NCBI GenBank assembly: GCA_903932695.1
Contig: CAIZGZ010000103.1
Span: 1 to 25,804, forward strand
Origin: an uncultured Actinomycetes bacterium
GTDB lineage: Bacteria > Actinomycetota > Actinomycetes > Nanopelagicales > Nanopelagicaceae
Length of the DNA stretch: 25,804 nucleotides
Reading direction: 5' to 3'
This document shows positions 1 through 8,889 of the stretch, one piece after another. The notes under the pieces are model-generated. The model was not told the DNA's origin and did no database searches. It saw only the letters and a list, made by a program, of their open reading frames with translations. The position numbers were made by a program, and so were the translations under genes. The stretch's first letter is position 1; the number at the start of each line of letters is the position of its first letter.

Positions 1-621
1 AAAGAAGAGACCAATTGCGAGCAAGATGATTCCGCCAGCAGAGATCGCGGTGAGGGTTTTTCTCACAACCGGACGCTGGAGCAGAACTGACGATTTGTCT
101 ACTGCAAGGATGAGAACGGAATACCAGCTCATGGAGACGCACGCCTGTACACACGAGAGCGCAAAGATTCCCCAAGCAAGAGAGAAATGGCGCGGTACAA
201 ATTGAGGAATGAAGGCAACCGCAAAGACCGCTGCTTTCACATTGGTCAGATTTGTGAAGAGCCCTAAGCGATAAGCCGCGGACTTATTTGTTTTTGCAGA
301 GTCGGTGAGATTGAACTTGCCATATTCGTTGCGAAGCTCAAAGAGGGTTTGGATAGCCAACCCAGTTAAAAAAGCGACGCCGATGTATTTGAGGATCGAG
401 AAGGCAAGGTGGCTCTTTGCGAACACAGCAGAGAGTCCAACAGCAGAGAGCGAACCCCATATCACCAACCCGGTTGAGTTTCCGAGAACAGAGATGAAGG
501 CGGCTTCACGTCCGCCAAGGAGCGATTGACGAAGGATCATCGCAACTCCTTGACCGGGAACTACGGCAAGGAGAAGTGCGGTTGCGGCAAAAGCTGGGAT
601 TACCGCAAACAGATGAATCAA
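1..621 (-). CDS. LysE/RhtB family translocator (runs off the window edge, 207 codons seen)
   Basis: Not in ORF track because no stop lies in the window. Manual translation from TTG at 621 (TTGA overlap with the AKR stop): MIHLFAVIPAFAATALLLAVVPGQGVAMILRQSLLGGREAAFISVLGNSTGLVIWG...GLFTNLTNVKAAVFAVAFIPQFV...GIILLAIGLFF. It has the LysE-type PGxG and NxK..F.PQF motifs and is hydrophobic throughout. Confidence 0.88.
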   Translation of the reverse strand, partial: MIHLFAVIPAFAATALLLAVVPGQGVAMILRQSLLGGREAAFISVLGNSTGLVIWGSLSAVGLSAVFAKSHLAFSILKYIGVAFLTGLAIQTLFELRNEYGKFNLTDSAKTNKSAAYRLGLFTNLTNVKAAVFAVAFIPQFVPRHFSLAWGIFALSCVQACVSMSWYSVLILAVDKSSVLLQRPVVRKTLTAISAGGIILLAIGLFF

Positions 622-1553
622 GCACTTACTCGATTCAACAGCTCGACATCCGCTGCCTCTAACTCGACAAGTTGAACGATCTCGTGCAGTTGCGCCACGG
701 TTCTCGCACTTGCAATGGGGGTACTCACAGACGGGTTAGCTCGCAACCACGCTAGCGCGATCGCGCTGATCGAAGCACCATACTTTTTCGCGACCTGATC
801 AAGGCACTCAACGACCGCCCAGCCCTTTTCGGTCTGAAATTCAACAACGCCATCGGCGCGAACAGAATCTACGGTGAGTCCTGGACGATATTTTCCGGTG
901 AGAAATCCGCGAGCTAAACCAAAGAATGGAATCGCCGAGATACCGTAAGCTTCAAGGACGGCTTGTTGTTCGCTTTCAAAAGGGTTTCTCGCAACCAAGT
1001 TGTAGTGATCTTGAAGAGCGACATACGATGCATAGCCATCACGCTTTGAAATATCTAGCGCTTCTTGAAGTCTGGCGCCAGTGTGCTGCGATGCGCCGAT
1101 ATAGCGAATCTTTCCCACCGAAATCAACTCTGTATAACGCAACAACGTCTGCTCCATGGGAACCGTTGCGTCATCCTCGTGAGAATAATAAAGATCGATG
1201 TAATCGGTCTGTAACCGTGTGAGCGAATCATCTAACGCAGCAGAGATATTCTCTGGAGAAAGGCCCGGCCTGGTCGAGAGTTTGGCAACTTTTGTGGCGA
1301 TCACCATCTCTGACCGATTGCCACGTGACTTCATCCAACGTCCGATGATGCTTTCAGACTCTCCACCCTGATTTCCGGGTTTCCATTCTGAGTAGACATC
1401 TGCGGTATCGATGAAGTTTCCACCCGCTGCTACATAGGCATCGAGCACAGCGAATGACTCTTCTTCGTCGGCAGACCAACCAAAGACATTTCCGCCTAGG
1501 CATAGTGGATGAACAACGAGATCGGTTTCCGGGATTGCGATACGTGGCGCCAT
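618..1553 (-). CDS. aldo/keto reductase (311 aa)
   Basis: LCLGGNVFGW, IDTADVY (Asp/Tyr), IATKV (Lys), LYYSH (His), IGAS, PIASART. Start moved to ATG 1553 (MAPRIAIP), 4 nt after the esterase stop. Confidence 0.93.
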   Translation of the reverse strand: MAPRIAIPETDLVVHPLCLGGNVFGWSADEEESFAVLDAYVAAGGNFIDTADVYSEWKPGNQGGESESIIGRWMKSRGNRSEMVIATKVAKLSTRPGLSPENISAALDDSLTRLQTDYIDLYYSHEDDATVPMEQTLLRYTELISVGKIRYIGASQHTGARLQEALDISKRDGYASYVALQDHYNLVARNPFESEQQAVLEAYGISAIPFFGLARGFLTGKYRPGLTVDSVRADGVVEFQTEKGWAVVECLDQVAKKYGASISAIALAWLRANPSVSTPIASARTVAQLHEIVQLVELEAADVELLNRVSA

Positions 1554-1557
1554 AAGA

Positions 1558-2325
1558 TTAACTCCAACTCTCAACAAAGGCGAGCGACTTTTCAAATATT
1601 TCTGGGGCGTCGTTATCCAGGGTTGCAACGTGATAACTGTTATTCAGTTCTATCCGCTCTTTAGGTGTGCTGCCGATCTCGTTCATAATGATTTCGGTAT
1701 TCGAGACTGGAAGGACATGATCTTCAACGCTATGAAAGAGCAAGAGCGGTGATTGAGCATCTCGAAGATTCTTTCGAGTCTCCTTCAGCATTGCGTTAAG
1801 TTGCAGAACGCCTTTAGTGGGAAGTACGTCGTAACCCCATTCGGTAACTCCTGGTGCCTTAATGTCATCGCCTACAGACGGCATCCCAGCTTTAATGGCA
1901 GCAATAATTGGCGCGAACTTAATCGTGATTCCTGGGATGTGAATCATGGGATTGACGAGAACTAGTCCGGCGACCCGATAGCGTTCTGCAACATTAATTG
2001 TTGTCGCACCGCCCATAGAGAGACCAAAGATAAAGACCTTGGTGCAGATCTTCGAGAGTCGATCAACCTCTTCTTGAACACGCGCCGGCCATAGCTCCCA
2101 CGCGACAGAGTTCAGCTCCTGCCAGGTACGGCCATGACCAGGTAAACGCGGAACGCTCACGGTGTACCCACGTTCTTGAAAGTAGTGAGCCCACGGCCGC
2201 ATTGAGGCTGGGCTTCCTGTAAATCCATGAACGAAGATCACGCCGATCTCTTTCTTGCCGAGAGCGGAGCCCCCTTCAACGAAATAGTCTTCGAGCCAAC
2301 CTTCTGGTGCGTGTGTCGTTGCCAT
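1558..2325 (-). CDS. alpha/beta-hydrolase carboxylesterase (Est30/monoacylglycerol lipase-like, 255 aa)
   Basis: HGFTG oxyanion motif, RLPGHG, GLSMGG nucleophile elbow, EDHV (Asp), SYHVATLD (His). Start moved to ATG 2325 so it does not overlap the divergent exonuclease. Confidence 0.92.
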   Translation of the reverse strand: MATTHAPEGWLEDYFVEGGSALGKKEIGVIFVHGFTGSPASMRPWAHYFQERGYTVSVPRLPGHGRTWQELNSVAWELWPARVQEEVDRLSKICTKVFIFGLSMGGATTINVAERYRVAGLVLVNPMIHIPGITIKFAPIIAAIKAGMPSVGDDIKAPGVTEWGYDVLPTKGVLQLNAMLKETRKNLRDAQSPLLLFHSVEDHVLPVSNTEIIMNEIGSTPKERIELNNSYHVATLDNDAPEIFEKSLAFVESWS

Positions 2326-2350
2326 ACCTGCAATTCTCTCCCCTACGGCA

Positions 2351-2356
2351 TAGGGT
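2351..2356 (+). promoter_or_regulatory. putative -10 hexamer (TAGGGT), leaderless exonuclease mRNA
   Basis: TANNNT lies 6 nt before ATG 2363 and there is no SD. Confidence 0.5.
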
Positions 2357-2362
2357 TGCAAT

Positions 2363-2989
2363 ATGCCACCAGCAGAAAGATCGTTACGCGAAACGACCTT
2401 TGTCGTCGTGGATCTCGAGACCACCGGCGCGAGCCCTCACACCGGTGCCGGAATAACCGAGATTGGCGCCGTGAAAGTTACCGGCGGCGAAGTAGAAGGT
2501 ACCTTCAAGAGTTTCGTAAACCCGTTGGCTCCCATTCCAGCATTCATCACCGAACTGACGGGGATCACCGATGAAATGTTGCGATTGGCTCCGATCATCG
2601 ATGAGGTATTGCCTGACTTCCTGCAATTTTGCGGTTCGCATGAAGAGACCGTCCTGGTTGCCCATAACGCACCATTTGATATCGGATTCCTACGCGCCGC
2701 CAGCCTCGAGATTGATCTTGATTGGCCAGCTTTCGATGTGATCGACACGGTTCGTTTAGCTCGCACTGCCTTAAGTCGTGATGAAGTCCCCAACTGCAAG
2801 CTCGGCACTCTTGCGGAGTTCTACGGAACTGAAGTAACCCCCAACCACAGAGCGCTTGATGATGCACAAACGACAGTCGAGATTATGCATCGGCTCTTTG
2901 AACGAGTTGGATCGTTAGGAGTTGAGAGTTACGGAGAACTACAGAAACTTCTTGCAAAGAAGATCAAACGCGAACCGCGATTGATCTAA
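2363..2989 (+). CDS. DEDDh 3'-5' exonuclease (DnaQ/Pol III epsilon-like), stand-alone, 208 aa
   Basis: ExoI VVVDLETTG, ExoII AHNAPFDIGFL, ExoIII HRALDDA. Confidence 0.92.
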   Translation: MPPAERSLRETTFVVVDLETTGASPHTGAGITEIGAVKVTGGEVEGTFKSFVNPLAPIPAFITELTGITDEMLRLAPIIDEVLPDFLQFCGSHEETVLVAHNAPFDIGFLRAASLEIDLDWPAFDVIDTVRLARTALSRDEVPNCKLGTLAEFYGTEVTPNHRALDDAQTTVEIMHRLFERVGSLGVESYGELQKLLAKKIKREPRLI

Positions 2990-4047
2990 GCCTTGAGGCT
3001 CTGAGTGAGCTCAATCCACTTATCCAAAAGTTCTAACGCGGCTCCGCTATCGACCGCATCCTTTGCCAACTGATAACCCTGCGCAACTTGCTCGTTGATC
3101 GACTTCGAGAATTCTCCGCGATAAGCAGCAATAGCGACAGCAGCGTTTAATAAGACCGCATCTCTTGCCGGCGAATGTTCGCCCCGAAGAATGTTGAGGG
3201 TTACGCCAGCGTTATATTGGGCATCTCCTCCGGTAATGCTTTCGATGGGTGCAAAGCCAATCCCCAGATCACGCGGATCAAAGAGCTCCGCCTTCTGATT
3301 CTCGGGTTGGTGAGGAGTGATCTGAATGATGGTGCTCGTCGTCGTCAGAGTGATCTCATCTAATCCATCATCGCCGCGAAAGAGGAATCCCTCGGTGCCA
3401 CGGTCAGCAAGTACCTTGGCCATCAGGGAGAGCGCGCGGGGTTTAGCCACGCCAAGGGCGATCGCTGCGGGCTTAGCGGGATTTGCCAGCGGCCCCAAAA
3501 TATTGAATACCGATGCCTGACCTAACTCTTTACGAGCTGGAGCGGCAAAGCGCATCGCGGGATGGAACTTGGGGGCAAAGCAGAAGCCGATCCCCAATTT
3601 CTCGAAACTCGTAGCCACGCCTTGGCCATCGAGATCAATATTGACCCCCAGGGCTTCTAGGAGGTCGGCTGCGCCAGAACTTGAGGAAGCCGCTCGGGCT
3701 CCGTGTTTGACCACTTTGGCACCGGCTGCCGCAGCAATGATGGCTGCGGTGCTCGAAATATTGATCGTGTTAGCACCATCGCCTCCGGTACCGACCGGAT
3801 CCACGGCTCGAGCAGCGATAGAGATCGGGGCGGCGTGGGCAAACATCACATCGAGGAAGCTCGCTACCTCCTCCGGGCTCTCACCTTTGGCCTGGACACC
3901 CAGCAAGAAGGACTTAATGTCGTCCTTAGCCGCCTGGTTCTCCAAAATCTCGTTCATGGCCCATCTGGCCTGCTCCGGTGTGAGATCTTGGCCATCGGCC
4001 AACTCCGAAATGATCAGATCCCAGCCCGGGCTCGAGAGTGTGCTCAT
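2986..4047 (-). CDS. trpD: anthranilate phosphoribosyltransferase
   Basis: DPVGTGGDG, NISS, KHGARAAS, FHPAMR, FNILGPLANP, DGLDEIT. Confidence 0.97.
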   Translation of the reverse strand: MSTLSSPGWDLIISELADGQDLTPEQARWAMNEILENQAAKDDIKSFLLGVQAKGESPEEVASFLDVMFAHAAPISIAARAVDPVGTGGDGANTINISSTAAIIAAAAGAKVVKHGARAASSSSGAADLLEALGVNIDLDGQGVATSFEKLGIGFCFAPKFHPAMRFAAPARKELGQASVFNILGPLANPAKPAAIALGVAKPRALSLMAKVLADRGTEGFLFRGDDGLDEITLTTTSTIIQITPHQPENQKAELFDPRDLGIGFAPIESITGGDAQYNAGVTLNILRGEHSPARDAVLLNAAVAIAAYRGEFSKSINEQVAQGYQLAKDAVDSGAALELLDKWIELTQSLKA

Positions 4048-4053
4048 AGCGCC

Positions 4054-4059
4054 ATAGTA
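4054..4059 (-). promoter_or_regulatory. putative -10 hexamer (TACTAT), leaderless trpD
   Basis: TANNNT lies 6 nt before ATG 4047. Confidence 0.5.
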
Positions 4060-4149
4060 ACCACCGCGTGATCAGACTCACCCAGTATTAGGGGGCCAGA
4101 CCTGCGTTCCAAGTAGGGAAAATAGGGCGAATTCGGGAATAATGCGCGT

Positions 4150-4773
4150 GTGACCACACTTGAAGCTCCAGTTAAAAACAACCGCCCGAATATTGTCGCG
4201 GTTGGAACGATCGTTTGGCTCTCTTCTGAGTTGATGTTCTTCGCCGCACTCTTTGCCATGTACTTCACCACGCGTGCAGTTCAAGGTCCAAAGGTCTGGC
4301 TTGAATCAACCGGAATGTTGAACGTGAAGTTTGCGACCATCAACACCACCGTCTTGGTGCTCTCATCGGTGACCTGCCAATTCGGCGTCTTCGCTGCTGA
4401 GCGTTTTCAAGCTCGCCGCACTGGATCGATCTGGAAGTTCTCCAAGTGGGGTATGCGCGAGTGGTTCGCACTCACATTCCTCATGGGTGCTTTCTTCATC
4501 GGCGGTCAGATCTATGAGTATGCAAACTTGGTTCGCGATGGTCTCTCACTCTCATCACGCGCATATGGTTCGGTCTTCTATTTAGCTACCGGCTTCCATG
4601 GTCTGCACGTGACAGGTGGATTGCTTGCCTTCCTCATTGTCTTAATTCGAGTCAACAAAGCGAGAAAGTTTGGTCATTCACAGGCTACAACCGCAATCGT
4701 GGTCTCGTACTACTGGCACTTTGTAGACATCGTCTGGATTGCGCTCTTCTCAACTATCTATTTGATTAAGTAA
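4150..4773 (+). CDS. ctaE: cytochrome c oxidase subunit III
   Basis: [31 protein letters not shown]; directly upstream of qcrCAB; GTG start. Confidence 0.97.
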   Translation: MTTLEAPVKNNRPNIVAVGTIVWLSSELMFFAALFAMYFTTRAVQGPKVWLESTGMLNVKFATINTTVLVLSSVTCQFGVFAAERFQARRTGSIWKFSKWGMREWFALTFLMGAFFIGGQIYEYANLVRDGLSLSSRAYGSVFYLATGFHGLHVTGGLLAFLIVLIRVNKARKFGHSQATTAIVVSYYWHFVDIVWIALFSTIYLIK

Positions 4774-4799
4774 CTGCGGAACTACGAGAAAAGATAAAT

Positions 4800-5606
4800 A
4801 TGACAAAGCGAATGAAGAAATTTTCTGCTCTGCGTCGCAAGCGCATCGCAGGCCCAATCCTCGTTGTGGCTGCACTCTTTACGATCGGAACAGCATTCGG
4901 AGTCGCGTCTGCGCTGCCGAGCGCTCAGCAGGTCACCAGCTCATCGACCTCTCCGCTCGTCTCTCAAGGCAAAGCGCTCTTCCTTCGAGGTTGCTCTTCA
5001 TGCCACGGACTTAATGCAGAAGGCGGAACAATCGCGCCATCATTGATCGGCGTTGGCGCAGCAGCCGTTGATTTCCAGGTTGGAACCGGTCGCATGCCGA
5101 TGGCAGATATGAGCCAGCAAGCAATGCAGAAGACTCCGCTCTATACCCCAGCAGAGACCGCAGCCCTTGCAGCGTACGTTGCATCACTCGCCCCTGGCCC
5201 TGCTTCTGTTACTAACGAAAACCTCAATTGGCAACGTGATGGCAACGTCGCAAACGGCGGACAACTCTTTAGAACTAACTGCGCCATGTGTCACAACTTT
5301 GCCGGACAAGGTGGAGCCCTTACTAACGGAAAGTACGCACCATCATTGATGGGCGTTCAACCAAAGTATGTCTACGAAGCAATGGTCACCGGTCCCCAGT
5401 CAATGCCTAAATTCACCGATGCAACAATCACACCTCAAGAGAAGCTCGACATCATCTCTTGGTTGCAAAGTGCTAATCATGAACAGAACCAAGGTGGAGC
5501 ATCACTCGGTCGCGTCGGTCCTTTCACAGAAGGTCTCGTCGCTTGGACACTCGCTATCGGATTACTTATTGGAGTTTCCGTATGGCTCGCATTGAAGGCG
5601 AAATAA
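4800..5606 (+). CDS. qcrC: cytochrome bcc complex diheme cytochrome c subunit
   Basis: Two CxxCH motifs (CSSCH, CAMCH), Met ligands in GRMPM and QSMPKF, N- and C-terminal TM helices. Confidence 0.97.
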   Translation: MTKRMKKFSALRRKRIAGPILVVAALFTIGTAFGVASALPSAQQVTSSSTSPLVSQGKALFLRGCSSCHGLNAEGGTIAPSLIGVGAAAVDFQVGTGRMPMADMSQQAMQKTPLYTPAETAALAAYVASLAPGPASVTNENLNWQRDGNVANGGQLFRTNCAMCHNFAGQGGALTNGKYAPSLMGVQPKYVYEAMVTGPQSMPKFTDATITPQEKLDIISWLQSANHEQNQGGASLGRVGPFTEGLVAWTLAIGLLIGVSVWLALKAK

Positions 5607-5607
5607 T

Positions 5608-6609
5608 ATGAGCACACAGATCGAACGTTTCGAAGATCCAGGACTACCAGAGCATGTTCATCGTTCAACCGATGTAGATGAGGCGGCTCAACGTCGCGCG
5701 GAGATTCAAATCTCCTCGCTCTTCCTTCTCTCTGCAGTTGGAACAGTTCTCACCATCGCCTCGTACATCTGGGTTCACCCTCAGGTCTATATCTACATCC
5801 CCATTCTTGGCAGCACCAATGTCCAACAAATGTGTATTGGTCTCGGTCTCACCGTTGCGACTCTCACAATTGGTCTAGGAGCAATCCAGTGGGCGAAGCG
5901 TTTGATGCCTGACACTGAACAGGTTCAAGAGCGCCACGAATTTCGTTCGACTGAGAAAGAGCGCGATGCTCTTAATAAATTGGTAAAAGAGCGCGTTGAT
6001 GAAGTGGGAATTGCACGCCGCCCATTGATCAAGCGAACACTCGCACTCGCACTCGGTGTCGTGGGTCTCTCCCCTCTCGTGCTTCTTCGCGACTTAGGCC
6101 CAATGCCTGGAAAGCAATTAGAGAAGACTGATTGGAGCGCAGGCACTCGCCTCATGCTCGATCCGGCAAATACCCCAATTCGTCCCGGCGATCTCGAAGT
6201 TGGCGCCGTTGCACAAGTCCTTCCTGAACTTCCAGCAGGCAAAGAACGCACTCTTGAAAATATCGGCACAGACGCGGTTCTCTTGATCCGTCTTCGTCCA
6301 GAGGATTTCAACCTCGATCCTGAGCGCCTATCGTGGACACACGACGGCATCATCGCCTTCTCGAAGATCTGTACGCATATGGGTTGTGCTGTTGCACTCT
6401 ATGAGCAACAGACCCACCACCTCCTATGCCCTTGCCACCAGTCGACATTCGACGTCACTCGCGCTGCAAAGGTGATCTTCGGACCAGCTGCACGTCCACT
6501 ACCGCAGCTTGCAATCACCGTCGATGCCAATGGCTATTTGGTAGCAAAGCAACCATTCACTGTCCCAATCGGACCAAGCTTCTGGGAACGGAACTCACAA
6601 AATGGCTGA
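5608..6609 (+). CDS. qcrA: cytochrome bcc complex Rieske iron-sulfur subunit
   Basis: CTHMGC and CPCHQSTF boxes; three N-terminal hydrophobic helices with RR before the third, as in actinobacterial Rieske proteins. Confidence 0.97.
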   Translation: MSTQIERFEDPGLPEHVHRSTDVDEAAQRRAEIQISSLFLLSAVGTVLTIASYIWVHPQVYIYIPILGSTNVQQMCIGLGLTVATLTIGLGAIQWAKRLMPDTEQVQERHEFRSTEKERDALNKLVKERVDEVGIARRPLIKRTLALALGVVGLSPLVLLRDLGPMPGKQLEKTDWSAGTRLMLDPANTPIRPGDLEVGAVAQVLPELPAGKERTLENIGTDAVLLIRLRPEDFNLDPERLSWTHDGIIAFSKICTHMGCAVALYEQQTHHLLCPCHQSTFDVTRAAKVIFGPAARPLPQLAITVDANGYLVAKQPFTVPIGPSFWERNSQNG

Positions 6610-8206
6610 TAAGAAGAACGCACCTACAACTCGCACCGGCAAGCTTGCTAACGCAGCTGCTAACTATGCCGATGAGCGCCTAGGAACAGCTGGTTATCTG
6701 AAGAAGAATCTCAACAAGATCTTCCCAGATCACTGGTCGTTCATGCTCGGAGAAGTTGCTCTCTACTCCTTCGTCATCTTGCTTCTTTCTGGAACATTCC
6801 TGACATTCTGGTTTGATCCATCACAGCGTGATGTCGTCTATAACGGCGCATACACTCCGCTCTCTGGCGTGAGCATGTCTGCCGCTTATGCATCAACCCT
6901 CCATCTCTCCTTTGATGTCCGTGGCGGTCTCTTGATGCGTCAGATCCATCACTGGGCAGCCCTCATCTTCATGGTGGCGATCGTTGTTCACCTCTTCCGC
7001 GTCTTCTTCACCGGTGCTTTCCGTAAGCCTCGTGAGACAAACTGGTTGATCGGTATCGGTCTACTCACATTCGGAATCATTGAAGGCTTCTTGGGCTACT
7101 CACTTCCGGATGACCTCCTTTCTGGAACCGGTATCCGCATCGCCGAGGCGATCTTGCAGGCTATTCCAGTCGTAGGTTCATACTTGGCATTCTTTGCCTT
7201 TGGCGGACCTTTCCCAGGAACTGCATTCATCCCTCGCGTCTACATGGTTCACATTCTGCTTCTCCCAGCTCTCTTCTTGGCGCTGATCACCGTTCACCTC
7301 ATGATGGTCTGGTACCAGAAGCACACTCAATTCCCTGGCCCAGGACGTAAAGAGTCAAACGTTGTTGGCTATCCGCTCATGCCGGTCTATATGGCTAAAG
7401 CTGGCGGCTTCTTCTTCATCGTCTTCGGTGTTACCGCATTCCTCGGCGCTGTTGCTTCCATCAACCCAATCTGGCTCTACGGTCCATACACTCCTGGCCA
7501 GATTTCAGCTGGTTCGCAGCCGGACTGGTACATGGGCTGGCTCGATGGTCTCGTTCGTATGGCTCCCCCACTAGAAACACACTGGTTGGGTCACACAATC
7601 TCATGGAACATTCTGCTGCCAAGCTTGGTTCTTCCTGGTTTGATCTTCGTGGGAATGACCTTCTACCCATTTATTGAAGCGTGGATCACCGGCGATAAGC
7701 GTGAACACCACATCTTGGATCGTCCTCGCAACGTACCTAACCGCACAGCGCTTGGTGCTATGTCGATCGCTTTCATGGTGATCGCACTCGCCAACGGTGG
7801 TAACGACATCATCGCCACACACTTCCACCTCACAATTAATGGGATCATGTGGTTCACCCGTATCGGGCTCTTCACCGTGCCACCCATCGTATTCATTATT
7901 ACTAAGCGCATCTGTCTCTCGCTTCAGCGGGCAGATCGTGACCTCGTGCTTCACGGTCGCGAGACCGGTCGCCTGGTAATGATGCCAAGTGGCGAGATGA
8001 TCGAAGTCCACGAACCAATCTCCGCGGAGAAGAAGTGGGTTTTGACCCAACATCAACAGCCGGATGCACTTCCGGCTCCACTGCCTGAGGCAGAGTTGGT
8101 TGGCCTTAAGGGTCGCCTACGCAAGCGCATGAATGAAGCACACAATGTTCAGGTGCCAGCTGCAACCGTGACTGATCTCAAAGAACTTGGAGATGGTCAC
8201 CACTAA
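6602..8206 (+). CDS. qcrB: cytochrome bcc complex cytochrome b subunit
   Basis: FPDHWSF, IHHWAA...VHLFR and VHILL...VHLMM heme ligands, QPDWY Qo motif, actinobacterial C-terminal extension. Confidence 0.97.
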   Translation: MADKKNAPTTRTGKLANAAANYADERLGTAGYLKKNLNKIFPDHWSFMLGEVALYSFVILLLSGTFLTFWFDPSQRDVVYNGAYTPLSGVSMSAAYASTLHLSFDVRGGLLMRQIHHWAALIFMVAIVVHLFRVFFTGAFRKPRETNWLIGIGLLTFGIIEGFLGYSLPDDLLSGTGIRIAEAILQAIPVVGSYLAFFAFGGPFPGTAFIPRVYMVHILLLPALFLALITVHLMMVWYQKHTQFPGPGRKESNVVGYPLMPVYMAKAGGFFFIVFGVTAFLGAVASINPIWLYGPYTPGQISAGSQPDWYMGWLDGLVRMAPPLETHWLGHTISWNILLPSLVLPGLIFVGMTFYPFIEAWITGDKREHHILDRPRNVPNRTALGAMSIAFMVIALANGGNDIIATHFHLTINGIMWFTRIGLFTVPPIVFIITKRICLSLQRADRDLVLHGRETGRLVMMPSGEMIEVHEPISAEKKWVLTQHQQPDALPAPLPEAELVGLKGRLRKRMNEAHNVQVPAATVTDLKELGDGHH

Positions 8207-8227
8207 GTACGGAATCTCGAAGTAAAG

Positions 8228-8262
8228 AAAGCCCCGATGCGCAGATGCCGTCGGGGCTTTTT
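8228..8262 (+). terminator. intrinsic terminator after qcrB (probably bidirectional)
   Basis: AAAGCCCCGA (8228-8237) pairs with TCGGGGCTTT (8251-8260), followed by a T run. Confidence 0.85.
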
Positions 8263-8269
8263 ACTGCCC

Positions 8270-8275
8270 TAAACT
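8270..8275 (+). promoter_or_regulatory. putative -10 hexamer (TAAACT), leaderless GNAT mRNA
   Basis: TANNNT lies 6 nt before ATG 8282, immediately after the qcrB terminator. Confidence 0.55.
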
Positions 8276-8281
8276 AGAGAG

Positions 8282-8773
8282 ATGAAGAGCAGCCAGGCGC
8301 CAGAGATTCGCAGCGCAACCATTGATGACACAGAACTTATCCATGATCTGATCTATCAACTTGCGGTCTATGAAAAGGCACCAGAGTTGGCCCTCGCTAC
8401 AGTAGAGCAGATTCGAGCAGCCTTCTTTGGGCAATCCCCTGCAGTCTTCTGCAATCTCGTTGTGACCGAGAGTGGTGAAGTTGCCGGACTCGCTATCTGG
8501 TTCCTCAATTTTTCAACGTGGACTGGAACCCATGGCATCTACCTCGAAGATCTCTTTGTGCTCCCCCAATATCGCGGTCGTGGTTACGGTAAAGCCTTGC
8601 TCAAGCACCTTGCCGGGCTCTGTCTTGAGCGTGGGTACCATCGCTTTCAATGGTGGGTTCTCGATTGGAATGCTCCCGCCATCGCCTTCTATCAATCCCT
8701 GGGAGCCATTCTGATGGACGAGTGGACGGTGATGAGGGTTGAAGGGCAAGCGCTCAGCGAGCTCGCCAGGTAG
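8282..8773 (+). CDS. GNAT family N-acetyltransferase (spermidine/spermine acetyltransferase-like)
   Basis: LAVYEK, NFSTWTG..GIYLEDLFV, acetyl-CoA motif QYRGRGYGKALL, VLDWNAPAIAFY. Confidence 0.92.
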   Translation: MKSSQAPEIRSATIDDTELIHDLIYQLAVYEKAPELALATVEQIRAAFFGQSPAVFCNLVVTESGEVAGLAIWFLNFSTWTGTHGIYLEDLFVLPQYRGRGYGKALLKHLAGLCLERGYHRFQWWVLDWNAPAIAFYQSLGAILMDEWTVMRVEGQALSELAR

Positions 8774-8889
8774 AGCGCTCTCAGGATACTTTCACCAATT
8801 CTCCAGTCTCGTATGAGGCGGACTTCAGTGTTACCCCAGCGTGCCATCCGATAGTTCTCCTATATCGAGTGAAGTTCAGGAGGATAGAG

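Noticed and set aside
1554-1628. Longer ORF-track starts for AKR-1, and likewise for the esterase, ctaC, erpA, DUF3043, btuF and lpdA
   Set aside because: The extensions overlap neighbouring genes or promoters; shorter starts fit -10/SD placement and family N-termini.
5608-8206. Three-TM Rieske protein, PDWY Qo motif and long QcrB C-tail
   Set aside because: Standard features of actinobacterial menaquinol-oxidising bcc complexes.
8282-8773. GNAT as a TacT/AtaT-type toxin with the sORF as antitoxin
   Set aside because: The sequence is SSAT-like, there is no upstream RHH antitoxin, and the sORF is a membrane peptide, not a DNA-binding protein.
8692-8847. 51-codon minus-strand ORF (MARWGNTEVRLIRDW...) with AGGAG 9 nt upstream
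   Set aside because: Its SD is just the reverse complement of the anti-SD element of the plus-strand leader, it overlaps the GNAT 3' end antisense by about 80 nt, and it has no recognisable features.
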